DNA from: Bacteroidia bacterium
GTDB lineage: Bacteria > Bacteroidota > Bacteroidia > Chitinophagales > Saprospiraceae
DNA length: 64,000 nt
Direction of reading: 5' to 3'
Assembly: GCA_018680005.1 (NCBI GenBank)
Contig: JAHHJQ010000378.1
Coordinates: 63-64,062 of the forward strand
Shown here: positions 10,875-20,995 of the stretch, in pieces
Numbering within the stretch: the first letter of the stretch is position 1
Layout of the letters: the number at the start of each line of letters is the position of its first letter
The notes under the pieces: model-generated
Seen by the model: the letters and a program-made list of their open reading frames with translations, nothing else
Database searches by the model: none
What the model was told of the DNA's origin: nothing
Program-made: the position numbers and the translations under genes

Positions 10875-10937
10875 ACTACACACTTGAATGAGTTAATCTC
10901 TAACCGAAAACGTATCGGGACTACTACACACCTGAAT
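10875..10937 (+). repeat. 15-bp direct repeat pair ACTACACAC(T/C)TGAAT
   Basis: Copies at 10875-10889 and 10923-10937, 14/15 identical, 48-bp period. Confidence 0.7.
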
Positions 10938-10971
10938 TATCCTCTATTAATCAACCCATAACTGTACGTCT

Positions 10972-11994
10972 ATGAAAGGCTTGCTTAACCTCATCGCTCT
11001 GCTGCTCTGTGGATCATTGCTTGCAAATTCCAATACTTCAAGAATCGAATTTATAAATGGAAGCCTTGGTCTAGCCATTGAAAAAGCCGGACATGAAGGC
11101 AAATTGTTGTTTGTCGAGTTTGGCGCCCAGTGGTGTATGCCATGTAAATTCATGGAAGAGAATACTTTTCAAGATCAAGAGGTGGTTGAATATATGAGTA
11201 CCAATTATGTCCCGGTCAAGATTGATATTGATGATTTCGACGGATTTGCATACAAGCAAAAATATAATGTGGAAGCGCTGCCTACGTTCATCATTTTTGA
11301 CAGCCGGGGTGAAGTAGTTGAAAGATATCAACAATCAATGGCTCCTTCCAATTTGCTTAAGATCCTCCAAAAACATGACGTTCCCACAAATCGGAAAAAG
11401 ATAAAAAGTGATTTGTCATCTTATGAAATTGCAGCACAACTTCATGAAGCGAAGAAAGACAAGTATAATATCAGCCCTTCTCATGACGCACAAGAAGAGC
11501 AAGAAGTCCAGACTATTGGCACGATAGTAAATACTCAAATATCAAATGAACCTTCTAAGGCAGAAGAAATCGAATCATCTGAGGAAGAATCAATAGAGTC
11601 TCATCCTGCAACAATGCATACAGAACAAATTGAAACAACCGCCGAAGAATATCTTTGGACCCAAGATGAGGTCTATGAATTTATTGAAGAACCTGATGAC
11701 CAAAATCTTACTGAAGGTCCTGAAAAAGAACTTTTAGTACTCGAGGATCCCAAAATCACCCTTTACACCGTTCAGGTTGGAACTTTCTCTAGTAAAACCT
11801 CAACTGATGAATTTGTAAAAGCCACATCCGCGATCTTTGTCGAGGATACCCACATATTTGAAAATCATTACCAGAATCACTCTTCTTATGAAGTCTGTCT
11901 TGGGGCATTTGCCTCTGAGCAGAGCGCACAGATTTATTTGAATCGACTCGAACTTCTAAATATTCCCGGGAAAGTCAAAACTATATACCAATAG
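10972..11994 (+). CDS. Exported thioredoxin-family protein with acidic linker and C-terminal SPOR-like domain
   Basis: Signal peptide; WCMPC redox motif; Glu-rich linker; YTVQVGTF...YEVCLGAF SPOR pattern. Confidence 0.8.
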   Translation: MKGLLNLIALLLCGSLLANSNTSRIEFINGSLGLAIEKAGHEGKLLFVEFGAQWCMPCKFMEENTFQDQEVVEYMSTNYVPVKIDIDDFDGFAYKQKYNVEALPTFIIFDSRGEVVERYQQSMAPSNLLKILQKHDVPTNRKKIKSDLSSYEIAAQLHEAKKDKYNISPSHDAQEEQEVQTIGTIVNTQISNEPSKAEEIESSEEESIESHPATMHTEQIETTAEEYLWTQDEVYEFIEEPDDQNLTEGPEKELLVLEDPKITLYTVQVGTFSSKTSTDEFVKATSAIFVEDTHIFENHYQNHSSYEVCLGAFASEQSAQIYLNRLELLNIPGKVKTIYQ

Positions 11995-12176
11995 TCCGGA
12001 CAAACACATAACCGTAGTCCAGAAATTAACGATATTGGATTTTGCAACGGAACGGAATAAACACCCCTTTTGTTGAATAGATTTATAGACAATATCCTTA
12101 CATTCAATCCGTTCTATTTCCTCCTGTTTACACAAGAGAAAAGTAAGATTTTCGACGGTAATTTGGCTACAAATCT

Positions 12177-14546
12177 ATGCATAGATCACTAACACTATTT
12201 TTTCTTCTTTTTATAGTTTCCGTCGTTTTTGCATCTTCATACGATCCTCATAACAATATTTCTGGCTCTTATGAAATTGATGGATTTGTTGCAGAAAGAT
12301 CTTCATGTAAAGGACTCGATAGTAGCGCTGTTCGATATGTGGTATCGGGTGGAATGGCCCCTTACAATATCTCATGGAGGCAATTGGCAGCACCCGTGGA
12401 TGAAGGATCTGCTACACTGACGAATGATACCGATTCTTTAAACATTACCGGATTAAATAGTGCCGCTAACTATGTTTTTACGATCATAGATGCAAGTGTG
12501 GGAACTCCATGCGTCGATACATTCAATTTTACCACAATGGGATCGCTGGGTGTTGATCCGTTACTTTCAAGACCCACTTGTAATGGTTTTACAGATGGTG
12601 AAGCCACTGCCATTATCCTGATAGGTAACCAAATATATAATCCAATGCCCAATGAGGTATCTTACATATGGAGTAATGGAGATACCAATTCTACTGCTAG
12701 CGGACTTGGCGAAGGTTCCTATTCGATAGTTATTGAAACCAGAGAGGGATGCACAGCATTCAATGGTTTTGGACTCAGTGCGCCGGGGGCCATAGTGATT
12801 GATGACACAATTGAGTCTATAAGTTGTCCTGGTGGTTCAGATGCAGAGATCGTTGTGCAACCAAGTGGTGGAACACCATCCTCAGGAAATATACCTTACA
12901 CGATTCAATGGTCAGAGTCGACAACAGATCCGTATCCTGACACTTTATCCAGCTTAGCGGCCGGCACATATGACATCACCGTTACAGATGCGAATGGGTG
13001 TCAGCAATTTGATTCTTTCACCATTTCTGATCCAATTCCAGTAAGCGTGCAATTTACAGGCGAGCTAGCATCTTCTTGTAGCCGAGGTGTTTGTGATGGA
13101 CAAGCAATAGCCATGGCCACAGGAGGTGGAGCACCTGGATCATACAATTACATGTGGGCAACCGGCGAAAACACCCCCAATGCTAGCCTACTTTGTGCAG
13201 GATGGAATGTTGTGGAAGTAGAAAATAATGGGTGTCCGGTTGTCTTAGATTCTGTATTAATAACTAGTCCAAATGATGTAGTCATCCAGGCAATCGATAG
13301 CTCAGATGCCAGCTGTTATAATGAAATGGATGGTACAATTCAAGTTTCTGCTGTCGGCGGAACTCCAGGAGGATATACCTATATGTGGGCAGATAATACC
13401 AATGGTCCGTCCAGATCGGGACTTGCAGCCGGGGAATATTCGGTCCTTGCGACGGATATCAATGGTTGCGAATCTGATTCTTTGCAGATAAATATCGCTC
13501 AACCAGATTCACTCGAATTGGTTGTTGATCTTGGAAGCACTCTAAATCCCAGGTGTAGTGATTCTGATAATGGTATACTCTCTGTCCGATGGATTAGAGG
13601 GGGCAACCAAAATACTACACCTAACTATGCATGGTCAAATATACCTAACCCACCGAATAATTCAGTCGTGACCAATCTCCCGCCGGGTACATACTCGGTG
13701 ACTATTACAGACGGATTGGGTTGTCAGGATTCAACCAGTTATACATTGACTGCACCTCCATCACTGATAGGGATCATACCTTCTCCAGCCGAACCTCAGT
13801 GTTTTGGTCAACTTACCACAGTGACTGTGGATAATGCTATCGGTGGGTCCGGAAATTCCTTTACTTTTTCGGTCAACAATGGTCCCCAAAATCAACTTCA
13901 ATTTCCCGCAGAGGTTCTTGCTGGAGATTCTCTAATAATATCTGTCTTTGATCAAAACTCTTGTCGATTCGATACCACATTATTCATTGATCAGCCTGAT
14001 GAAATAGTTGTAACTATAATTGATCAGGAAGTAAATGTAGATCTTGGAGCTAGTGAAGAGTTATCGGCCACAATCTCGAACTCAATCCCAATTAGCAGCA
14101 TTCAGTGGAGCCCAGATATCGAGCTTTCCCACCCAGACTCTTTCGTAACCCTGGTAACTCCTAGCCAGAGTAGAACTTATGAAATCGAAGTAATTGACGA
14201 AAATGGTTGTACGGGGTCCGGTCAAGTTTTTGTCAATCTTAACAGAAATAGGAATGTATACATCCCCAATGCATTCTCACCTAATGGTGATGGTATCAAT
14301 GATTTTTTCCAACTTTCTACAGGAATAGGTGTCCGTCAAGTCAAGTATCTCAGGATCTTTGATCGCTGGGGAAGCATGGTCTACGAACAGGAAAACTATT
14401 TACCCGGAGATGTTTTCAATGATGGTTGGAATGGAAAATTGAAAGGGAAAAACCTAAATGCGGGAGTATTTGTCTATCTGGCAGAAATAGAATTCATAGA
14501 CAATAGTTCCCTCCTATTTCGAGGAGATCTTGCCCTGGTCCGGTAA
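12177..14546 (+). CDS. SprB-repeat surface protein with gliding-motility-associated (T9SS type B) C-terminal domain
   Basis: Repeated C-x-G...GG-x-P-Y...W...L-x-x-G-x-Y...TD-x-x-GC units; CTD YIPNAFSPNGDGIND...IFDRWG...GVFVY. Confidence 0.9.
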   Translation: MHRSLTLFFLLFIVSVVFASSYDPHNNISGSYEIDGFVAERSSCKGLDSSAVRYVVSGGMAPYNISWRQLAAPVDEGSATLTNDTDSLNITGLNSAANYVFTIIDASVGTPCVDTFNFTTMGSLGVDPLLSRPTCNGFTDGEATAIILIGNQIYNPMPNEVSYIWSNGDTNSTASGLGEGSYSIVIETREGCTAFNGFGLSAPGAIVIDDTIESISCPGGSDAEIVVQPSGGTPSSGNIPYTIQWSESTTDPYPDTLSSLAAGTYDITVTDANGCQQFDSFTISDPIPVSVQFTGELASSCSRGVCDGQAIAMATGGGAPGSYNYMWATGENTPNASLLCAGWNVVEVENNGCPVVLDSVLITSPNDVVIQAIDSSDASCYNEMDGTIQVSAVGGTPGGYTYMWADNTNGPSRSGLAAGEYSVLATDINGCESDSLQINIAQPDSLELVVDLGSTLNPRCSDSDNGILSVRWIRGGNQNTTPNYAWSNIPNPPNNSVVTNLPPGTYSVTITDGLGCQDSTSYTLTAPPSLIGIIPSPAEPQCFGQLTTVTVDNAIGGSGNSFTFSVNNGPQNQLQFPAEVLAGDSLIISVFDQNSCRFDTTLFIDQPDEIVVTIIDQEVNVDLGASEELSATISNSIPISSIQWSPDIELSHPDSFVTLVTPSQSRTYEIEVIDENGCTGSGQVFVNLNRNRNVYIPNAFSPNGDGINDFFQLSTGIGVRQVKYLRIFDRWGSMVYEQENYLPGDVFNDGWNGKLKGKNLNAGVFVYLAEIEFIDNSSLLFRGDLALVR

Positions 14547-16292
14547 GGTTATTTTGAAAATGGTACCTTTTCCATTTTGATTTGCAGCAACAGCGATTTC
14601 ACCATCATGCATTTGAACAATTTTCTTGCTTATCGCTAATCCCATTCCTGTTCCCTGATACAAGTCTCTCCTATTGAGTCTTTGAAAAATGACAAAAATG
14701 CGTTCCATTTGATTTTTAGGAATTCCAATACCGTTATCGGCAATATGTAACAAGACCTTGCTATCTTTTCTTTCTGAAGTTATAGAGACTTGGGGCTTTC
14801 TTCCAGATGCCCTGAACTTTATCGCATTGTGGAGAAGATTCTGTACTAATATGGTTAACAGCATACGACTTCCGTATACGATATCTGAAGTCTTGAGAGA
14901 TATCTCTACAGCACTCTCCTCAATTGCTACTTGTAAATTTTGTTTCGCATCCTCAATAATGTCTTGGACTAAAACGGATTCAAATTCTCCAAATCTGGAT
15001 TGTAAGGTGGAATAATTGGAGAGTGCATCTAATAATTCATTTAACCTATTGACCCCTCCATTTACAAAATCGAAATATGATAATTTTTCATGGTCAATCC
15101 CCTCTTTAAAGTGACGCTTTATTAATTGGGTATATGCCCCTATCATTCTTAAGGGCTCCTTGAGATCATGAGACACAACATAGGCGAATTGCCTCAAATC
15201 TTCATTGGCATCAGCTAATTGCCTATTTCGTAAAAGTATCTCCTTGGTCAATGCCTTCTCCTTCATTAATGCCTGGATCTCCTTTTCTTTAGCTGCCATT
15301 TTGAACTGTACTTCCTGTTCGATCAATCTGGCCTTTTGCTTCAGATTGGATACATGATCTTCTACGGCTTTTAGCGCTTCCAATTGATCAAGTGCGTCTT
15401 TATAATTATTCGCCTTTTTGTAACACTCCACTTTAATCTTCAAAGCTTCGATCTGTATTTGAAAATCTTTGCTCTTGAGCGCACCTTGCTCACACATTTT
15501 GGCCTCTTGAATACTTGATTCAAACGCTCCATGTGCCATTGCAAGATATGCTTGATTCAAATGCTCGATATATCTTATGGGATCAGATCTATCATAGTTA
15601 TCCATCTCTTGCGAAGCTGAAAAACTAGTTGTGATATCAAGACACAGTTGTGCGCGTTTTTTCAATACCTCTGAAAAAGCCAGGAGTTGATCAAGTTCCA
15701 AAGAAGTATAAATGGAGGATGCTTGCTCAAAATTAGATACTGCTGATTCAAACTTTGACAAAGCAGTTTTTATGTTACCAAGATTGTGGTGAAGTGCAGC
15801 TTTGGTATGGTTTTGAAGTACGGATCTGTACTTATCAAGAACTAGTTCGTAGCGTTTTTCGGCTTGTTCGTAATGGTGTAAAGAAGCATACAGGGTTCCC
15901 AAATTAATTTGGACTTGTGCACTCAACATTGGATTGGACAAGGCCCCTGCTTTTCTTTCGGATTGAAGTAAATGTAAAAGAGCATTAGTATGCAATTGTC
16001 TTCGGCCATTTGTAATACCTACTGCCATCAACCTTCTCACCTCAAGTTCTCCGGAAGTATGAGGTAGTCTGGAAATCAGTATATTCAATTGTTCAAATTC
16101 TCGCGATTGGATGAGATATTGAATCAGTGTATTCAGATAGCGATATAGCCTTGGATTTTGGGAAACTTTTTCATAATCGGAGTCCATCAATGGCTCAATC
16201 TGGCTAATTATTGCAGGACCAAGATTTATCTTTCCTTTGGAAGCCAACGCTTCAAATTGATCTAATAACTGATCAACAGTTTCTGATTTCAT
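14514..16292 (-). CDS. TPR-containing sensor histidine kinase, apparently soluble
   Basis: TPR-like INLGTLY/HNLGNIK; H-box SHDLKEPLR; N-box NAIKF; DNGIG and GTGMGL boxes. ATG at 16292 preferred over TTG at 16319. Confidence 0.9.
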   Translation of the reverse strand: MKSETVDQLLDQFEALASKGKINLGPAIISQIEPLMDSDYEKVSQNPRLYRYLNTLIQYLIQSREFEQLNILISRLPHTSGELEVRRLMAVGITNGRRQLHTNALLHLLQSERKAGALSNPMLSAQVQINLGTLYASLHHYEQAEKRYELVLDKYRSVLQNHTKAALHHNLGNIKTALSKFESAVSNFEQASSIYTSLELDQLLAFSEVLKKRAQLCLDITTSFSASQEMDNYDRSDPIRYIEHLNQAYLAMAHGAFESSIQEAKMCEQGALKSKDFQIQIEALKIKVECYKKANNYKDALDQLEALKAVEDHVSNLKQKARLIEQEVQFKMAAKEKEIQALMKEKALTKEILLRNRQLADANEDLRQFAYVVSHDLKEPLRMIGAYTQLIKRHFKEGIDHEKLSYFDFVNGGVNRLNELLDALSNYSTLQSRFGEFESVLVQDIIEDAKQNLQVAIEESAVEISLKTSDIVYGSRMLLTILVQNLLHNAIKFRASGRKPQVSITSERKDSKVLLHIADNGIGIPKNQMERIFVIFQRLNRRDLYQGTGMGLAISKKIVQMHDGEIAVAANQNGKGTIFKITLPDQGKISSK

Positions 16293-16343
16293 GTCAATCT
16301 GGGAAGAATACTTGATCAATTGACGAAAGCATTAATGAAAAAT

Positions 16344-17021
16344 CTATTGCTGTTGCTGAACTGTATCTATTGTTTTGGATTGCTCAAAAACGTGTTTTAC
16401 ATCTCCACTTAAGTACAACTTGACTTGTGGGTTCTCAGCATTACTTAATACGGAAATTAGTGGTTTTTGGGTGCCAAATTTACCTTTGCTGTTGAAAATG
16501 ATTTTGATCTCTCCCGTATCTCCTGGATCAATGGGTATAAAAGGGTAAGAAGGAACTGTACATCCGCAAGAGACTTGCACATCCTTAATCACCAGCGGTT
16601 GTTTCCCAGTATTCTGGAACTTAAAAGTATGTGATATCTGATCTCCCTCTTCAATTTCGCCAAAATCATATGTAGTGCCGGAAAATTCTATCCTGGCCTT
16701 TTTTTTCTTTTTAGCCGGTACTTCTCTTTTGGGTATCCCTAATTCATTTTCTTCGTTTTCCACCTTATCCAATTCGCTTATGCTTTCTCTTGTCTCTCGG
16801 TTGCTGGCAGAATCGACTTCTAGAATGGCAGTATTAGAGTTGAATACAGGCGTTTCTTTAGTTGATATTACCGAGGTATTTTCTTTTACGTCCTGTTCCT
16901 TATTTATCGTCGATACTGTATTGGAAATGGCTTCCTTTTCTGATTTGGAGTCGATGGAACAGGCACAGAAACCAATAGATATTCCTATAAGGATGACAAA
17001 CGTGTGATTAATTCGGGACAT
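16344..17021 (-). CDS. DUF1573 (Ig-like) domain lipoprotein
   Basis: Lipobox-like FCAC; YDFGEI...F-x-NTG-x-x-PL-x-I...SCGCT pattern. Confidence 0.85.
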   Translation of the reverse strand: MSRINHTFVILIGISIGFCACSIDSKSEKEAISNTVSTINKEQDVKENTSVISTKETPVFNSNTAILEVDSASNRETRESISELDKVENEENELGIPKREVPAKKKKKARIEFSGTTYDFGEIEEGDQISHTFKFQNTGKQPLVIKDVQVSCGCTVPSYPFIPIDPGDTGEIKIIFNSKGKFGTQKPLISVLSNAENPQVKLYLSGDVKHVFEQSKTIDTVQQQQ

Positions 17022-17063
17022 TGATTAAATATACTACACTGGATATGTTTATTCAACAAAGAA

Positions 17064-18287
17064 CTATTTGAGAAGTGTAAAGCTACCGATTTTGGTGTTG
17101 GATGTCCCACTGCATACAAAATCTACTCTATAGACATAAACACCTGGACCAACGATATTGGATTTGTAAGTACCATCCCATTTTTGGAAGGCGTCATCGG
17201 TAAAAAAAATTTGGTTACCTAGCCTATCAAATATTTCGAAAGAATTCAGATCTTCAATTGCAAATGGATTGCTTATGAAAAATTCGTCATTCAGACCGTC
17301 TCCATTAGGTGTAAAAGCATTAGGCAGAAAGATTTCTTCGCAGTCTAAAGAAGCTGGATCTACAACAACCACTCGAATTGTATCGGAAGCGGTGCAAGAA
17401 GCATCTTCGAATGCCGCACTAATTTTAAAGGTTCCTGCAGCACTTGGTGTATATATGGTCGAAGCAGCATTGGGATCATCAATATCTTGTGTTGGTGTCC
17501 AGGAAATAGAAGTAGAACATGTATTATCCACATTCAATGGAACAAATCCACCTAAGAATATGAGCGTATCCTTAATTGTCACTGCATCCGGCTGGGCATA
17601 CAAAGTGGCAAGTTCATCATCATTCAATGCACGATCATAGATTCGGATTTCATCGATATTACCCTCAAACCTTTCGTCTGTCACGCCAAGACATGGGCCA
17701 TTAGATAATGACAGGGTCTCAGGATTGTCCAGGTCCATTCTTGCAACGGCCCTATCCGTAGCCACAAGTATCCCATTTATATAAACCTGTGTTTCTCTTC
17801 CTTCTTTAACCAATATAACGTGGTACCAACATCTGCTGATCGGCAAATTAATCGTCATATTGGTTTCTTTAGTGCTGTTCTCTGCCATTGTAACTATAAG
17901 GCCATTTGCACTGGGATCATATTGTATAGCAAATGCTCGCTGTTCGGTGCAGGCTTGTCTTTTGGAGATAATATCCTGTACACCAGAAAACTTCAATGGC
18001 TTAAAATAGAAACTCAACGTAAAATCAGAACCCCCAAATACATTGTTTACAATACCTGTAAGCAAAACATAATCCATCACCCCATCAAACCTTATTGATT
18101 CGCCAACAGCTCCACATTCAAATGTTGGATTCCCTTGAATGATTCCATTACTACCCTGATTGGTATCATCGGAAGCATCCATTCCGTCAAATGAATAATG
18201 TGCCAAAAGGCCCAAAGTGGTTTGGGCAGGCGCCTGTATGGCCATTAATAAGAATGCAAGAATATAATAAAGCTTTTTAATCGACAT
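17064..18287 (-). CDS. LamG-like jellyroll protein with T9SS type B C-terminal domain
   Basis: LLAHYSFDG...WYHV...IYINGIL...FEGNIDEIRIYDRAL; CTD LPNAFTPNGDGLND. Confidence 0.9.
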   Translation of the reverse strand: MSIKKLYYILAFLLMAIQAPAQTTLGLLAHYSFDGMDASDDTNQGSNGIIQGNPTFECGAVGESIRFDGVMDYVLLTGIVNNVFGGSDFTLSFYFKPLKFSGVQDIISKRQACTEQRAFAIQYDPSANGLIVTMAENSTKETNMTINLPISRCWYHVILVKEGRETQVYINGILVATDRAVARMDLDNPETLSLSNGPCLGVTDERFEGNIDEIRIYDRALNDDELATLYAQPDAVTIKDTLIFLGGFVPLNVDNTCSTSISWTPTQDIDDPNAASTIYTPSAAGTFKISAAFEDASCTASDTIRVVVVDPASLDCEEIFLPNAFTPNGDGLNDEFFISNPFAIEDLNSFEIFDRLGNQIFFTDDAFQKWDGTYKSNIVGPGVYVYRVDFVCSGTSNTKIGSFTLLK

Positions 18288-18371
18288 GATCAGAATTAGA
18301 TGAATAGAACGATCTGCGATAATCAGATATTACTTGTAACGAATCTTGCAGAAAATGTTGACAAACGAACA

Positions 18372-19055
18372 TTAAAACATGCTGGGTTCACCAGAAAGAT
18401 AGAAACCTACTTTAAGGCCAGCGGTGACATACCAGTCATTGGCATCTGGGTTGCCACTGATACTAACTCCATCTAGATAGTCGTCGAAGATCATCCTTGT
18501 GCCTCCTTCGAGCGCAACATATAATTTTTCATTAAAAGTCCACTGAACTCCAAGGCCAAAAGGAATCCCTAATCGCGTAGTTGTTGTATTATTCAAATCT
18601 TCTGCTCCTTGAGAAAAACCTGTCACCTCCGGCTCTCCGAATGTAAATCCGACACCCGCATACACATAGGGAGATATGCTTTTCAAAAAATCTCCCCGAG
18701 AATTGAATCTACCCTGACCTATAGGATGGTATTCCAATGTGACAGCACCTTCAACCAAATTGGATTCAAAACTCAATCCCCGCATTGATAACTCTTCACT
18801 GTTGGCATCATCACCACTTATTTTTCCAAAGAAAACGTTTCCGGAAATCGCTAAATCCCTAAACATCAGATACTTGCCAAATAGTCCAAATGCCGGTTGT
18901 GTTTCTTTGATCTCTATTAGTCCTTCTACCAGGTCACCTTGATAGTTGAATGCCCCAGCATAGATTCCAAAACTCAATTCCTGCGCTTTGACAGTACCTG
19001 TGCACATTGTTATAAAGAATATGCTAAGCAGAGAAAGTGTACTAATCGATTTCAT
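18372..19055 (-). CDS. Outer-membrane beta-barrel protein (DUF6089-like)
   Basis: Signal peptide; NYQGDL, IPFGLG, DDYLDGVS, NDWY motifs. Confidence 0.75.
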   Translation of the reverse strand: MKSISTLSLLSIFFITMCTGTVKAQELSFGIYAGAFNYQGDLVEGLIEIKETQPAFGLFGKYLMFRDLAISGNVFFGKISGDDANSEELSMRGLSFESNLVEGAVTLEYHPIGQGRFNSRGDFLKSISPYVYAGVGFTFGEPEVTGFSQGAEDLNNTTTTRLGIPFGLGVQWTFNEKLYVALEGGTRMIFDDYLDGVSISGNPDANDWYVTAGLKVGFYLSGEPSMF

Positions 19056-19081
19056 CTAAGTTCACAAGTTCAATTTGTATA

Positions 19082-20008
19082 TCATACAACCCCCAAAGCG
19101 AGGTAAATCATATACAACAAATACAAAATCACAAATAATACTCCTATCCAACGAAATATTCTCCCATATACACATAAAACGGCTAACAATACTGTCACCG
19201 CGAACATGAAAGGAAGACTAAAATCAAGAATTGAAGATGCAATATCCAAAGTGCCTATAAGTGCGGGGATGCCCATAACAGCAAGAATATTAAAAATATT
19301 AGAACCAATAACATTGCCAAGGGCCATATCAGTTTTTCCTCTCCTGGCTGCTTGAATACTTACGATTACTTCCGGTAATGAGGTGCCAAGAGCAACCATG
19401 GATAATGCAATTAATTCTGTACTGATACCAACTATTTCCGATATTTTCTCAATACTGAAGATGGTATACTTTGAGCCTAAGAACACAAACACCCCAGATA
19501 AAGCGAAAATCAGATAAACGGTATATCTCAAATTAGTTTTATCCAAGTTTCCACTTTCTTTCCTAATTGATTTAATGAGATAGGCAGCAAGTACCACCAA
19601 AAAGATCACTGCTTCGTAAATAAGAAAGGAAAAATCCCGGGTCGCATACCATAATGCAGCGGTAGCTATCAAGAGAACAGGAATATCCAGATGAATGATA
19701 GATCGGGATATTGGGGTTTCCTTGCCACTGGCGATAATAGTAATCCCAAATACTAAAAGAATATTGGCAATATTGGATCCTACAACATTACCCAGAACGA
19801 TACCCGATTCATTTGCCATCATCGCAGATATTGATGTGGCAAGCTCAGGAAGGGATGTTCCAAAAGCGACTATAGTAATACCGATTACGAATGGTGATAT
19901 CCCAAATGAGATGCCTATCTTCTCAGATGAATCAATAAAAAAATCTGAAGCTTTCAGCAGTACAGATAAACTTACAAGAAAGATAATAATGTAAAGTGCC
20001 AGGTTCAA
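19082..20008 (-). CDS. Calcium/sodium antiporter (CaCA, YrbG-like)
   Basis: Two alpha repeats GTSLPE...GN(V/I)(V/I)GSNI; about 10 TM segments. Confidence 0.93.
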   Translation of the reverse strand: MNLALYIIIFLVSLSVLLKASDFFIDSSEKIGISFGISPFVIGITIVAFGTSLPELATSISAMMANESGIVLGNVVGSNIANILLVFGITIIASGKETPISRSIIHLDIPVLLIATAALWYATRDFSFLIYEAVIFLVVLAAYLIKSIRKESGNLDKTNLRYTVYLIFALSGVFVFLGSKYTIFSIEKISEIVGISTELIALSMVALGTSLPEVIVSIQAARRGKTDMALGNVIGSNIFNILAVMGIPALIGTLDIASSILDFSLPFMFAVTVLLAVLCVYGRIFRWIGVLFVILYLLYMIYLALGVV

Positions 20009-20032
20009 CTGCTACAAAATTCGTATGGATAT

Positions 20033-20040
20033 CAAATGTA
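20033..20040 (-). promoter_or_regulatory. -7 element TACATTTG upstream of the antiporter
   Basis: TAnnTTTG match 24 bp upstream of the start. Confidence 0.5.
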
Positions 20041-20145
20041 GTTCTTATTACATTGCAGTAAGTACAAATCGTATCCAAGTTGGAGAAATAACTTCCTTTC
20101 GTCTATAAGAGAATCGTTTTCAGTGTTCAAATTCTATTATTGCTT

Positions 20146-20153
20146 TACTTTTG
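20146..20153 (+). promoter_or_regulatory. -7 element TACTTTTG upstream of tatC
   Basis: TAnnTTTG match. Confidence 0.5.
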
Positions 20154-20191
20154 ACAACCAAATTTGCATCAAATAACTTCTTCAAGATAGA

Positions 20192-20995
20192 ATGAGTAAG
20201 ACCAAAGATGATTTAACCTTTCTGGAACACCTGGAAGAATTGCGGTGGCACATCATACGTTCCCTCATCGCAATTGTCGTGGTTGGTTCAGTGTTTTTTG
20301 GGATGAAGGGTGTCACCGAAGGATTAATAATGGGACCAACCAATCCGGATTTTGTAACCTATGGTCTGATATGTAAATTGTCTCAAAGTTTAGGATTGGG
20401 AGAGGGGCTTTGTTTCTCTCCTCCTGCGTTTGCCCCGCAAAACATTGGTGTTGCCGAGGCTTTCACTCTCCATATTACCGTTTCATTCCTTATTGGATTT
20501 GTGGCTGCATTCCCGTACGTATTTTATGAATTTTGGAAATTTATCAGACCCGGGCTCTATGACAAAGAACAGAAAGCAATAAGAGGAATTGTTATTATCT
20601 GCTCTTTACTATTCATTCTTGGCGTTGGTTTTGGGTATTTCATAATTGCTCCTTTTGCCATTACCTTTTTACTCAATTATGACTTTGGAGGTACCAATAT
20701 TCCTACAATGGCCTCATATGTTGGTAGCATGAAAATGTTTACACTTCCGGCAGGGCTGATATTTGAATTACCGATTGTCGTCTATTTCTTGTCTAAGGTA
20801 GGATTAATCACTTCTGCCTTTATGAAGAAATATCAAAAGCACGCTTTTGTGATCATACTTATACTCGCAGCGATCCTAACACCACCTGATATTATTACCC
20901 AATTTCTAATAGCTATCCCGCTCTATATACTGTATCAGGTCAGTATTCTCATCGCCAAAAGAATGGAAAAGAAAAGAGAGAAAGAGATGAACTGA
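20192..20995 (+). CDS. tatC: Twin-arginine translocase subunit TatC
   Basis: FLEHLEELR, WKFIRPGL, FELP, LTPPD motifs. Confidence 0.96.
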   Translation: MSKTKDDLTFLEHLEELRWHIIRSLIAIVVVGSVFFGMKGVTEGLIMGPTNPDFVTYGLICKLSQSLGLGEGLCFSPPAFAPQNIGVAEAFTLHITVSFLIGFVAAFPYVFYEFWKFIRPGLYDKEQKAIRGIVIICSLLFILGVGFGYFIIAPFAITFLLNYDFGGTNIPTMASYVGSMKMFTLPAGLIFELPIVVYFLSKVGLITSAFMKKYQKHAFVIILILAAILTPPDIITQFLIAIPLYILYQVSILIAKRMEKKREKEMN

